DNA of 64,000 bases from Pelagomonas calceolata (Eukaryota): NCBI GenBank assembly GCA_918797485.1, contig CAKKNE010000001.1:5394001-5458000 (forward strand), given 5' to 3'. Below, in pieces: positions 41,305 to 50,715 of this stretch. Below the pieces are notes generated by a model. The model did not search any database. It saw only the letters and a list, made by a program, of their open reading frames with translations, and was not told the DNA's origin. Numbering within the stretch: position 1 is the first letter of the stretch; each line of letters begins with the position of its first letter. The position numbers and the translations under genes were made by a program.

Positions 41305-42117
41305 ATGGCCGTCCGCGTGATTGGCTCGTGGTATTACACCAGCGAACTCCCCAGGCAAGAGGCCGCAAACCTCCGCGCGGCCATGATCAGAAAAGATTGC
41401 AAATCCCTGGAGACCTGGCTCAAGACGTCCGTTCGCGACGCCGACCGCAAAACGAGGTTGTACGCACTCTTACGACACGCCGCCTTCGAGTCGTGGTTGG
41501 CAGGGCTCGAACTATTGATAAAGTACGACGCGGACGTGAATCCACCGGCCGGTGGTGGCCGCCGCGACGGCGCGCTCGATGGCGCACGCCTCGGCCCGAC
41601 GCCGCTCCATTACGCCGCTGCCTCCAAGGCGACACATCAGGTCGCTGTCGTCGATTTACTCTTGGCAGCGGGCGCTGACGCCTCGTCGACGCCGGCGATG
41701 GAAGGCTCCGCGGTCCTGCCGCCCCTCCACTTTGCCGTATCCCTGGGCCGGCGTGAAGAGGAGGCGGTCAAGGACCGTCGTTATCAGGTCGTCGTTCACC
41801 TGCTTAGGCACGGCGCCCGGGCGAACGCCGAAGACGCCAACCACGTCACAGCGGAAGCGCGCGCGCGGCAGTATCGCCAGTTCCGCTGCGAAAAATTGCT
41901 TCGAGCCGTCCGTCTCGCGGGCGGGTCGTGGGAGCAATACATCGGGCAACGCTATGAGCTGGTCGCTCTGCGGGCGCTCTGCGCGGGCGAACGGCCCCGG
42001 GCGCGCTGGGCCGGCGGTCTGGGCAAAGAACTGTTCCTCCGAAGCCTCTTCGATCCCGATCTGCCAAAAGAATTGTTCCGAAAGGTCTTGTCGTTCTGGG
42101 CTCCGGTCTGGGACTAA
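41305..42117 (+). CDS. Ankyrin-repeat protein
   Basis: LLIKYDADVN, TPLHYAA, LLLAAGAD, PPLHFAV, LLRHGARAN. Confidence 0.85.
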   Translation: MAVRVIGSWYYTSELPRQEAANLRAAMIRKDCKSLETWLKTSVRDADRKTRLYALLRHAAFESWLAGLELLIKYDADVNPPAGGGRRDGALDGARLGPTPLHYAAASKATHQVAVVDLLLAAGADASSTPAMEGSAVLPPLHFAVSLGRREEEAVKDRRYQVVVHLLRHGARANAEDANHVTAEARARQYRQFRCEKLLRAVRLAGGSWEQYIGQRYELVALRALCAGERPRARWAGGLGKELFLRSLFDPDLPKELFRKVLSFWAPVWD

Positions 42118-42139
42118 TGTTATACACACTATTAATAAG

Positions 42140-43369
42140 CTAGGACGTTGCTTCCTCCTCGAGCGCCTCCCACTGCGCGAGCAACAGCTCTCGCGCGCGC
42201 TGGAGTCTCGACTCGGTCGACCGGGTTCCGAACGCCCACATGACGTCGTTTGCCGAGGCGACGCCTCTCGGTGGCCGCAGCGCGCGCCACGCGGCGAAAG
42301 ACAGCGCCCGAAGCTCGTCGATCTCCGCGGGCGTATCTACAATATCGCCGTAGGCGTCGTAGAGCGTCGCGCCGACGGCGTCGCCGACCTCGGTCTCGCG
42401 CGTCGCCGCCAGCGCCGCCTCGGCTGCATCTACAAGCGACCGGTCCACCGCCAGGTCGACCTCGTCCGACCTGTGTGGAAATCAAATTTACGGCGCATTC
42501 GCCGCGTCGACCTCCACGCCACCGATGCGGCGCTTGCTCGATGGCGTGGCGATGCCGGTTCCTCACCCACCCGACACACTGGTTGATTTCCACACTTCGT
42601 CCGACGTGTCGCGGAGCCGCTCCCGAATCAAGTCGTGGAAGCGCGCGCAGTCGTCGGCGAGCGGCCTCAGGCGATGCACGGCATGCACGGGACTCTGCTT
42701 GATTTCGTCGACCCACGCGTCCTGGAGCACGGCCGAGCCGCCGACCGCCGCGACCAGGCCGGTGCCGCCGGCGGCCTTGTCGTCGGACCAGTAGGCCTCG
42801 TCCTTCTCCGCCAGGACCTCGAGGCGCTTGACCGCGACGCGGCCGACGACCTCTAGGGTTGCTCTCTCAATAATCGGCCGCACGCCCTTGGCCTCGCGAC
42901 TACCGGCCGTCCGCACGCCGCGCACGGCGCACAGCGCGGCCACGCGCAGGCCCGACGACGTCTGCTTCGCGTCCATGAACGCCCGCCGGAAGGCGCTCTG
43001 GCCGTCGCGGCGCGTGCCCTCGTCGTGGACGCCCTCCTGGTACCGCACGCGCCGGCCGCCGCCGCCCGGTGCGAGCACAGCCTCGTCGTTCTGGGGGTAC
43101 TCCTCCTGCGCGACCGTCGGCAGCATCGCGACGAGCGCGGGCGACTCGGAAAACAAGGCTTCCGCCGCGGCGGCGTTCAGCGCCGCCGCCTGCGACGGCG
43201 ACGGCCGTCGGATCGTCCGCCGGTCGCCGGGGAGCCACTGGACTTCGTCGCCGACGTCCGCGATGAGCACGCGCAGCGTCTTCTCGGCGGCGATGCGGCG
43301 CGGCGGCTGGCGCAGCGCCGCCGCCGTGGCGAGTGCTGCAAGTAACAGCGGGTGTCGTCGTCGCGGCAT
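42140..43369 (-). CDS. Hypothetical protein with a signal peptide, 2 exons (43369-42606, 42470-42140)
   Basis: LLLAALATAAAL leader; spliced length 1095 nt in frame. Confidence 0.7.
42471..42605 (-). mobile_element. Introner element forming a GT-AG intron, 135 nt
   Basis: TSD cgtccgac at 42463-42470 and 42598-42605; acceptor-side TIR intact, donor-side TIR ends cacactt. Confidence 0.9.
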
Positions 43370-43721
43370 CGTCGCACTGTGGCGGCGCTGTACGATGATG
43401 TGTGCGGTCGTACGGTGCGGTTCTCTCCCTGGTGTCGGAGAGCACGGTTGTATAGCTCCCTTCCAGTGCCGCGTGCACGCTGGGAAACGCGCTAGTCGTG
43501 GTCAAGAACAGCGTAGGTGCAGTCGAAGCTTGCGCAATCAGCGGCACGAATGCCGCGTCGTGGCTTGCGGCAAGCCACAAAGCTGATGTGTACTGTGCGG
43601 GTTTTAAGCACTTCCTCCTACTTCCTCCCATGGGAGATTAACTAGAAACGAGATCGAACTTTAGAGAAAGCATAATAGTTCACAATGCCGCCGGCTGGTC
43701 GGTGCCGCACGGCCCGCCGGA

Positions 43722-44181
43722 TCATCGGGCTACGTCTTCGTCAGAGTTTCCGAAGCGCTCGTGAGGTTTTGGCGGCGGCGGCGGCCTCAAGCCCGCGTGG
43801 TACTGGCGGATGATCTCCGACGCCTCGGGACTAAATCGTCGCGGCGCGAGCGGCGGGTGCCAGTCGCGCGGCGGGACTAAATCGTCGCGGCGCGAGCGGC
43901 GGGTGCCAGTCGCGCGGCGGGCCGCGGTCGCGCCCGCGGTCCCGCGGGTCGTGGCCGCTCTCGTAGCGCGACCAGTCCGCCGCCTCGTCCCAGGCGGCCA
44001 CCAACAATTGAACCGCGTCGCGGAGCGGTACCGCGTGCGGCAAGCGGCCGCCGTTCTCCAGACCAAACGTCGCCGCGACGACGCCGTCGACGTCCACCCT
44101 CCGCCGCTGCCGTGGTGGTGCTGGCGCCGCACTTTCAGCAAAGCCTGATGCGGGCGCGTCGCCTGGCTGCCAATGGGCCAT
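43722..44181 (-). pseudogene. Small gene apparently frameshifted by a 46-bp tandem duplication
   Basis: The same peptide PPRDWHPPLAPRRFSP appears in two frames, matching the duplication at 43826-43917. Confidence 0.45.
43826..43921. repeat. Perfect 46-bp tandem duplication
   Basis: cgggactaaatcgtcgcggcgcgagcggcgggtgccagtcgcgcgg x2. Confidence 0.9.
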
Positions 44182-44574
44182 CCTTGAAGGCACGTACTCG
44201 GCGATGCGAGGCGCGGCGCGTGCCGATTGCGGCTGCAGAAGCGAGCAAAATTAACAAAGGAACGCTACCGCAAGTCTATTCTAGCGATGTTGCATGCATG
44301 CGCTCGCGCAATTCGGGCTGGATATCCTGCCGCAAGTCTCGTTGGCCGCGAGCTCCAAGGTGCGACGAGCCGCTGAATACCGGCACCCATCGCTCGCCGA
44401 CGCGATCCAGACGCCTGCAGGAGGGAGGGGCCGCTTGGAACGCGTGCTCCCACCTTGCCTGTCTGTTTTGGACCCTGGCGTCACCTCGCGAACAAAAGGC
44501 TTTTTTATGTTAATATTTGTACTAAGACTCCGGGCGTACTACCTATGTTCAGTTCCAGCACGTACGTCATGCTT

Positions 44575-44596
44575 GCTAGTGTCTTACACCGCTAGC
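44575..44596 (-). promoter_or_regulatory. Bipartite intergenic motif copy
   Basis: Reverse complement reads gctagcg-gt-gtaagacactagc. Confidence 0.7.
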
Positions 44597-44794
44597 CCAT
44601 CATAAGCAAAAAAAACAAAGCCGGCCTCAGTGCTGGCTTAAAGTAGGCCTGCACAGTGCGCACGTGATCGGTTTCGACTGCTGCACTGGCGCTGCGAGCT
44701 GTGCGAGCTGTGCGAGCGTGTGCTACAACTATACGAGCTGTGGGAGCTGCTGTGGCGTGCGAGCTGTGCGTGCGAGTGGTGTAACCTTCTACAG

Positions 44795-45736
44795 ATGCTG
44801 CATTCCACCCTCCTCTGCTGCACAGCAGCGCTAGCCGCCGCGAAGAGCCGCGGCGGCCCAAGCTGGACGGCAGCTCAACGCGAGCATTTCGCCACGAACG
44901 GCTACGTGCTGCAACCGGACGTCATACGACCGGAGGACCGCGATGCGTTAGTGGCTGCGTTCGAGCGGTTGTTTAGCGGAGAATTCGACACAGGGATCTA
45001 TCCCGACGAGTGGCACTGGCGAGAAGGCATCTCGAAGCCGGACGCGTTCCGAGAAATAGTCAATGCTTGGAAGTTCGACGACAGCGTCGCGGCGGTGGCG
45101 CTGGACGCCTCTATTGGGAAACGTGCGGCGGAATTGATGGGCTGGCGTGGCGCACGGTTGGCACAAGACGACGTGTTGTGGAAGCCGCCAGGTGCACAAG
45201 GCGTAAGCTATCACACGGACGGAAAGTACATCTCGGACAATTTCATGCCCAGAGACGACAACTCCGTCACCGTGTGGATTGCTCTAGACGACGCCGACGA
45301 AGCCTCAGGAGTCGTCGAGTACGCGCGCGGCTCGCACCGCTGGCCCCGTGCAAGCGCAAAGGCCTCGTTCCACGACGGCGCGGGCGCCGACCCCGTGACA
45401 ACAGCGGCCGCGGCGGCGGGCGTCGAGCTCGTCGTGGATCGTCACGAGGTGCCCGCGTGCTCGGCGGTCTTCCACCACCAGGACGTCTGGCACGGGAGCG
45501 CTGCCAACGTCTCGCCGGATCGGCCGCGGCGGGCTCTAGGCCTGCACTATATCCGCGACGACGTGAAATTCCGCCGCGACCCGGACTACATCTACGGTCG
45601 CTACGACCTCGGCGACGGCGTCGTGCACGACGCGTTCTTTCCGCGCGTGTACCCAGCGTCTCCAATGAGGGCGCGGCGACTAGGTGTCACGGTGGACCGG
45701 AGGCGTTCTTCCTCCGATGCTGCGCCTTCTTCTTAG
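44795..45736 (+). CDS. Phytanoyl-CoA dioxygenase (PhyH) family protein
   Basis: FATNGY, WKPPG, YHTD, VWIALDDA, GSHRW, WHGS..N. Confidence 0.88.
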   Translation: MLHSTLLCCTAALAAAKSRGGPSWTAAQREHFATNGYVLQPDVIRPEDRDALVAAFERLFSGEFDTGIYPDEWHWREGISKPDAFREIVNAWKFDDSVAAVALDASIGKRAAELMGWRGARLAQDDVLWKPPGAQGVSYHTDGKYISDNFMPRDDNSVTVWIALDDADEASGVVEYARGSHRWPRASAKASFHDGAGADPVTTAAAAAGVELVVDRHEVPACSAVFHHQDVWHGSAANVSPDRPRRALGLHYIRDDVKFRRDPDYIYGRYDLGDGVVHDAFFPRVYPASPMRARRLGVTVDRRRSSSDAAPSS

Positions 45737-45846
45737 AATGTATATATGTATTTCTTTGTGTAAAAAAGGAGCGGAATGGGGTCTATATGTTGTAGCGTCG
45801 GACACAAGCGAAGGACAAGGTAGAACTAATCGCAGAGTGCGCGTGG

Positions 45847-45868
45847 GCTAGCGGTGTAAGGCACTAGC
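45847..45868 (+). promoter_or_regulatory. Bipartite intergenic motif copy
   Basis: gctagcg-gt-gtaaggcactagc, upstream of the poly(A) polymerase gene. Confidence 0.7.
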
Positions 45869-46104
45869 AAAAAGTAGCAAGCTCGGCCGCCGCCGCGTTT
45901 TGCAGGCTCTGTGCAGCGCTGCCGCCTGTGTATGTCAGCATCGGTGCTTCTTGAACCAATCTAGAACGCCCAGCGCACCCGCGCGCCGCGTCGTCCGCCG
46001 GAGCAGTCCAACACAGCAGCGCACCTCGCTGCGCGCAGTCGCCGCGCGCCGCAGCAGCCAACAGCAGCGCCGCACGCGCGCCGCCGCAGCCACAAGCAAC
46101 AACC

Positions 46105-48033
46105 ATGGCGGCAGTAGAACCCTTGCTGAAACCCTTCGAGACGGCCGCGCCGCCGGCGAACTACAAGAAGCTCGACGCCTCTCTCGAAGCTTTCATGAAA
46201 GTACATGTACCAGTAGAAAAGGAAGCCGGCTTACGCACGAGAGAGCGCGTCCTGGGCGAGCTCAAGCGCATCTTCCAGGACTGGGTCCGCCAGGTCTGCC
46301 GCGCCAAAGGCTTGTCAGACGACCTCGCGAACGAGGCCGGAGGAAGGTTGTACACGTCCGGGAGTTACCGGTTGGGCGTCCACGAGCCCGGCGCGGACAT
46401 CGACAGCGTGTGTGTGGCCCCGAACCACTGCACGCGCACCGAGTTCTTCGATACCCTAAAAACGGCTCTGCTCGATCACCCCGACGTGACCAATCTGAGG
46501 TCTGTCGAGACGGCCGTGGTGCCCATCATGACCTTTGATTTTTGTGAGGTGAACATTGATTTGTTATTTGCGCACTTGCCGCTCAATGCCATACCCGCCC
46601 ATTTGGATGTTGATGAAGATGCTGTTTTACAGGGTGTTGATGAGGCCACGGAGAAATCTCTCAATGGTCCTCGCGTGACGAACCTGATTTATAAATTAGT
46701 AGAACACAACTACGGGTCGTTCTTAGTGGCTCTACGAGTAGCAAGAGTCTGGGCCAAAAAAAGAGGTATCTACAGTAACAAGATGGGCTACTTGGGTGGT
46801 GTCAACTTCAACATCTTGGTAGCATTAGTATGCCAGCTCTTCCCGGCGGCGACGCCGTCCTATCTATTGACGAAATTCTTCCACATATTTGCGGACTGGA
46901 ACTGGCCGTCGCCCGCTATCCTTTGCAGACCGGTGGACCACGGCTACGGCTTCGAGGTCTGGGGCCAGCACGCCGATCAATTACGGGGGCGGATGGCGTA
47001 CGCGAACCTGCGGTAATCGGCGGCGTCCGCGTTTTCGCGTCGACGGCGTATGAGCCGTACTCGCGTCGATGGCGTCCGCCCGCCGCCGCGACACACGCCT
47101 CCCGCGCGCAGGAACAACCTCATGCCCATCGTCACGCCGGCCTACCCGGCCATGAACTCGTCGGCCAATGTCAATGCGTGGTCCTTTGCCGTGTTGAGGG
47201 ACGAGTTCAAGCGAGGCAGTCGCATTTGTGAGGAGATCGTCGAGAATGCCGATGAAGACCCGCTGAAGCTCTGGGCGCCTTTGTTGGAGAGAACAGATTT
47301 CTTCGACAAGTATGACGCGTATCTTGCCGTGAATGTACTAGGCGGCGACGAGGAGTCGTTCAACTCCTTTAAAGGTTTTTTAGGGTCTCGCTTACGAAAG
47401 CTGGTGGAACGACTGGGCTACCTACCGCTGCGAGCCATCCACCTCTTCCCCGAAGAATTTGAAAGGACCACCACCGAAGGCCTCGCGGACTACGGCGGCT
47501 GCTGGTTCCTGGGCATCAAGGAGGACGTCACGAGGATGGAGGGCGAAACTTTGATTTTAACACATACGTGGACCGAGTTCTGGACGGAAGACGTCTGTAA
47601 ATACCGCGACCTCGATGATGACTTGGATGTGAGGCTCGAGCACCTGACGTGGGAACAATTACCAGATTTCGTGTTTGGGGACGACCAGGACGAGGTGGCC
47701 GTGGCCAAGGAGGTCGCGCTGGAAAGGCGAGAAGTGCGCCACGCGAGAGAAGCGGAGGAGGAGGAGTTATTAGCTGTGGAGGAGGAAAATCCCGCTCTCA
47801 AGGCGCTGAAGGAGGCCGAGGAGAATGCAGATGCCGGCACATTGAAAAGAGCTAGGGAGGAGGAGGCGGCCGAGGACGAAGTCAAGAAGCCCCTCGCGCC
47901 GACGGAGGCGCGGACGCTGCACGACGACGCTGACCTGCCTCGCCTGGCGGCCGTCCTGCCGCCGTGGCACCCGCTCGCTACAACCAGTCGTGTGCCGCGG
48001 TCCAAGAAGGTGCAGCTGGAGCTGGCGTCCTAA
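46105..48033 (+). CDS. PAP: Canonical nuclear poly(A) polymerase, 2 exons (46105-47012, 47112-48033)
   Basis: GSYRLGVH..GADID, SLNGPRVT, WAKKRGIYSN, MPIVTPAYPAMNS. Confidence 0.93.
47013..47111 (+). other. GT-AG intron, 99 nt, without TIRs but with two introner core motifs
   Basis: gtaatc...gcgcag; contains tcgcgtcgacggcgt and tcgcgtcgatggcgt; removal restores the frame. Confidence 0.85.
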
Positions 48034-48052
48034 AATCTTAATGTACTAGTGC

Positions 48053-48427
48053 CTAGTCAGTCTTCTTCTTGGGCTTGAGCTTGACGAGCGTCCACATTGA
48101 TAGTGCGGAGCCCGCGGTCATGACCATGAAGAGGAAGGCCCGCGAGGCTTTGTCGGGGTCGCCGCGCGACCGCAGGTACTGCACGCAAAATACCACTGTA
48201 AAGAGGGCGTTGAACATCAAACCGAGGTGCACCGCGATCATCCACTTTTTGTAGTCCTTGTCGCCCTTCTTCGGCTCGCCGAACGAGTTCGCGCCGCACA
48301 AGATCATGAGCGCGCCGCTGCCGACGCCGGCGTAGAGCGAGTGCATGGCACCGCTCGTGTGGGCGCCGTACCAGCCGCAGGCACCGAGGAAGCCGCCGTA
48401 CGAGAGCATGGTCGTCGCGACGGCCAT
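48053..48427 (-). CDS. TMEM14-like small membrane protein
   Basis: YGGFLGACGWYG...HSLYAGVGSG; about four hydrophobic segments. Confidence 0.65.
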   Translation of the reverse strand: MAVATTMLSYGGFLGACGWYGAHTSGAMHSLYAGVGSGALMILCGANSFGEPKKGDKDYKKWMIAVHLGLMFNALFTVVFCVQYLRSRGDPDKASRAFLFMVMTAGSALSMWTLVKLKPKKKTD

Positions 48428-48696
48428 GGTTGCTTTGTTGTGTTGGCGTAGAGACGGCTGTTTGAGAGCTGTCGCGTTGGCGGCGTAGTAGGGAGAGCTA
48501 GCTGTCTGGGAGAGCGTCCTACGGTCGCGCTGGCGTGTAGGGAGAGCTGTCTCTGGGAGAGCTGCCCTGAGAGTGGTCTTTATGGCTGCCGTCGAGCGGT
48601 GCTCTGCGCTGCAGCTACTAAGGGCTTGCAAAGGAAGGACTGGAGAAGGATTGCGCGTGCGATTGCAAGCTGGAGCGCTTTTAGCTTGGGCTGGCT

Positions 48697-48720
48697 GCTA
48701 GCGTACAGTAAGACACTAGC
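48697..48720 (+). promoter_or_regulatory. Bipartite intergenic motif copy
   Basis: gctagcg-taca-gtaagacactagc between divergent genes. Confidence 0.7.
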
Positions 48721-48905
48721 GAAACAAGCCTGCATCATTCGGTGATTGCGGCAAAGCAGTCGCTTTCGGGCCGCTGCGGGCCGCGCTGGGTTGCAATTTA
48801 TCGTCACCCATCAGAACACATCGAAGGGGCTGCGTTGCCACCCATCACAACTCATCGCAAGGGCTGCATCAAGCACCCATCCGAACACACTCACCACCAA
48901 AAGAG

Positions 48906-49556
48906 ATGCTGCCCTCGCGGCGCGACTACCGCCCGAAGGCCCCCTTCCACCTGACGCCGCTGCAGCGGCGCCTCGCCATCGCCGGCACGTTGATAATAGG
49001 CCTCGGCGCCTTGTTTCCCTGGGCGCTGGCGCAAGCGATGAGCGCGCACGGCGTCGACGACCACCACTACCACGCGCGGAGGACGACGGCCGTCGTCGCC
49101 GTCGTCTGCGGGCTGATACTGCTCTTCAGCTACGCGCGCGACCGCAGACGCGACAGGGCGCGGACGCGAGGGGCGCAGTCGCAGCGCGCCATCAAGAGCC
49201 AGACGTTCCAGTGCGTGGCGCCACAGACGCCGGGCGAGTTTGTCGTCTTCCCCGTGCGCGTGGCGCGGCGCGGCGTCGCGGCGTCGCGCGTCGTGTCGCT
49301 GGACGGCGACGAGCTGCGGGTCGAGCTCGACACGAAACAACGGGACGCGGCGGGCCGCCTCGACACGGAGGCGAGCTTGAGAAGCTTGCTGGAGGCGGCG
49401 CTGCTGCCGCGCTTTCCGACGGGCGCGGCGGAGGTCGTCACGTTTTATGGCGAGGGCCCGACGGGCCTCGCGGGCGGCCTGGCGCTGCGGCGCGGGGCGC
49501 CGGACTTTGCGCTCGGGCGCAAGGTCGGGTGCTACCTCATGGACGCGGCTGGGTAA
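48906..49556 (+). CDS. Hypothetical membrane protein
   Basis: ATG-started 216-aa ORF with two TM segments. Confidence 0.6.
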   Translation: MLPSRRDYRPKAPFHLTPLQRRLAIAGTLIIGLGALFPWALAQAMSAHGVDDHHYHARRTTAVVAVVCGLILLFSYARDRRRDRARTRGAQSQRAIKSQTFQCVAPQTPGEFVVFPVRVARRGVAASRVVSLDGDELRVELDTKQRDAAGRLDTEASLRSLLEAALLPRFPTGAAEVVTFYGEGPTGLAGGLALRRGAPDFALGRKVGCYLMDAAG

Positions 49557-49561
49557 CTATT

Positions 49562-50350
49562 CTATGTGTTAGTCTCATTGCGTGGGCGCCGATGTTTCGC
49601 CACGCTGTGGTCACAGAGGTGGCACCGGCCCCGTTTCGCCGCGAGCGCTCTTCCAGAAAAGTCCGGCGAAAAGCCCTTCAGCCCGAGGAACTCGAAGAGC
49701 GCCTTCCGCGTCCGGCCCTTGCGGTGGACGAACAAATCTTCGAAGGACACCGTATGTACGCGCGGGTGGCGCTGCGCGATGCCGAGCTGCCACGTGAAAC
49801 GATTCCACATGCCCTTGAAGGACGCCTCGCCCGCGTGCCGTTTCTCGACCCAGGACCGGCGCGCGGAGGCGCGCGTCTTGTAGACGAACACGACGGGCAC
49901 GCCCGGGGCTCGTCGCAGAATAAGTTGGAGCTTTTCCCAGTACGCGGGGGTCTTGTCCACGAAGCGCGTGGTGTTTGTGCCGTGGAACATCGGCGCTTCG
50001 CGAAGCGCATAGGCGTACATGTCCAGGTGCGTCCTTTGGCGTAGGAGCTCGCGGAAACGCGGGCCGGCGAGGCCCAGGGCGCCGGCACCTGTATCTTGCG
50101 TCCACTCGGAAAAAGGTTTGGTGTTGATGAAAGCCGCGGGCCGCTGTGGGAGCAGGAAGCCGGTCTCGAACGGTCCGAGTAGACCAGGCGCCGTCATTAT
50201 CAATTCGCTCGTCACTGTCGTGCCGCCGTGCGCGAGGCCGGTGACGATTATTACAGGCGGCCCGGCCCGCTCCGACGTCTCTGACGACGTCTCGAGCGCG
50301 CTCGCCGCGGCGGCGATAAGGAGGACGGCGCATGCGAAGAGGCGAGACAT
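49562..50350 (-). CDS. Sulfotransferase-family protein
   Basis: Signal peptide; IIVTGLAHGGTT (PAPS loop-like), FVDKTP, VSFEDL, LFEFLGL. Confidence 0.75.
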   Translation of the reverse strand: MSRLFACAVLLIAAAASALETSSETSERAGPPVIIVTGLAHGGTTVTSELIMTAPGLLGPFETGFLLPQRPAAFINTKPFSEWTQDTGAGALGLAGPRFRELLRQRTHLDMYAYALREAPMFHGTNTTRFVDKTPAYWEKLQLILRRAPGVPVVFVYKTRASARRSWVEKRHAGEASFKGMWNRFTWQLGIAQRHPRVHTVSFEDLFVHRKGRTRKALFEFLGLKGFSPDFSGRALAAKRGRCHLCDHSVAKHRRPRNETNT

Positions 50351-50556
50351 ATGTCACAATCAATGACGTGCAACGCGTTGCGACGTCTTGCGTCGACGAG
50401 TCAAGTGACTCAAGTTGTAATGCAGGAAGTTTCACGACAATGCAGGCGGCCGGCACTCGCAGAAATGATCTAGGTCTTCAAATATCGACCTCAGTATGTG
50501 TAGAATCGCGCCTGGCGCGAACTCACACGAGTTACCAAGGAGGTGCCAAAACCGTA

Positions 50557-50580
50557 GCTAGCGGCTTGTAACACACTAGC
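50557..50580 (+). promoter_or_regulatory. Bipartite intergenic motif copy
   Basis: gctagcg-gctt-gtaacacactagc between divergent genes. Confidence 0.68.
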
Positions 50581-50715
50581 AACCAAGCAAGTGCCGGGCC
50601 GTAACCCAATTTGTGCGGGCTCAGTGCTGCAATTACAACCAGCGAGGCGTCCCCTGCACACCAACTATTGGCAGGATCAATCGAATTGCATGCGTTCGAG
50701 CAGTGCCACCGAGTA

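Noticed and set aside
48046..48056. Half-matches to the recurrent motif in convergent spacers (here and near 3463-3476) and at 43491
   Set aside because: Only one half matches or the match is poor; not counted as copies.
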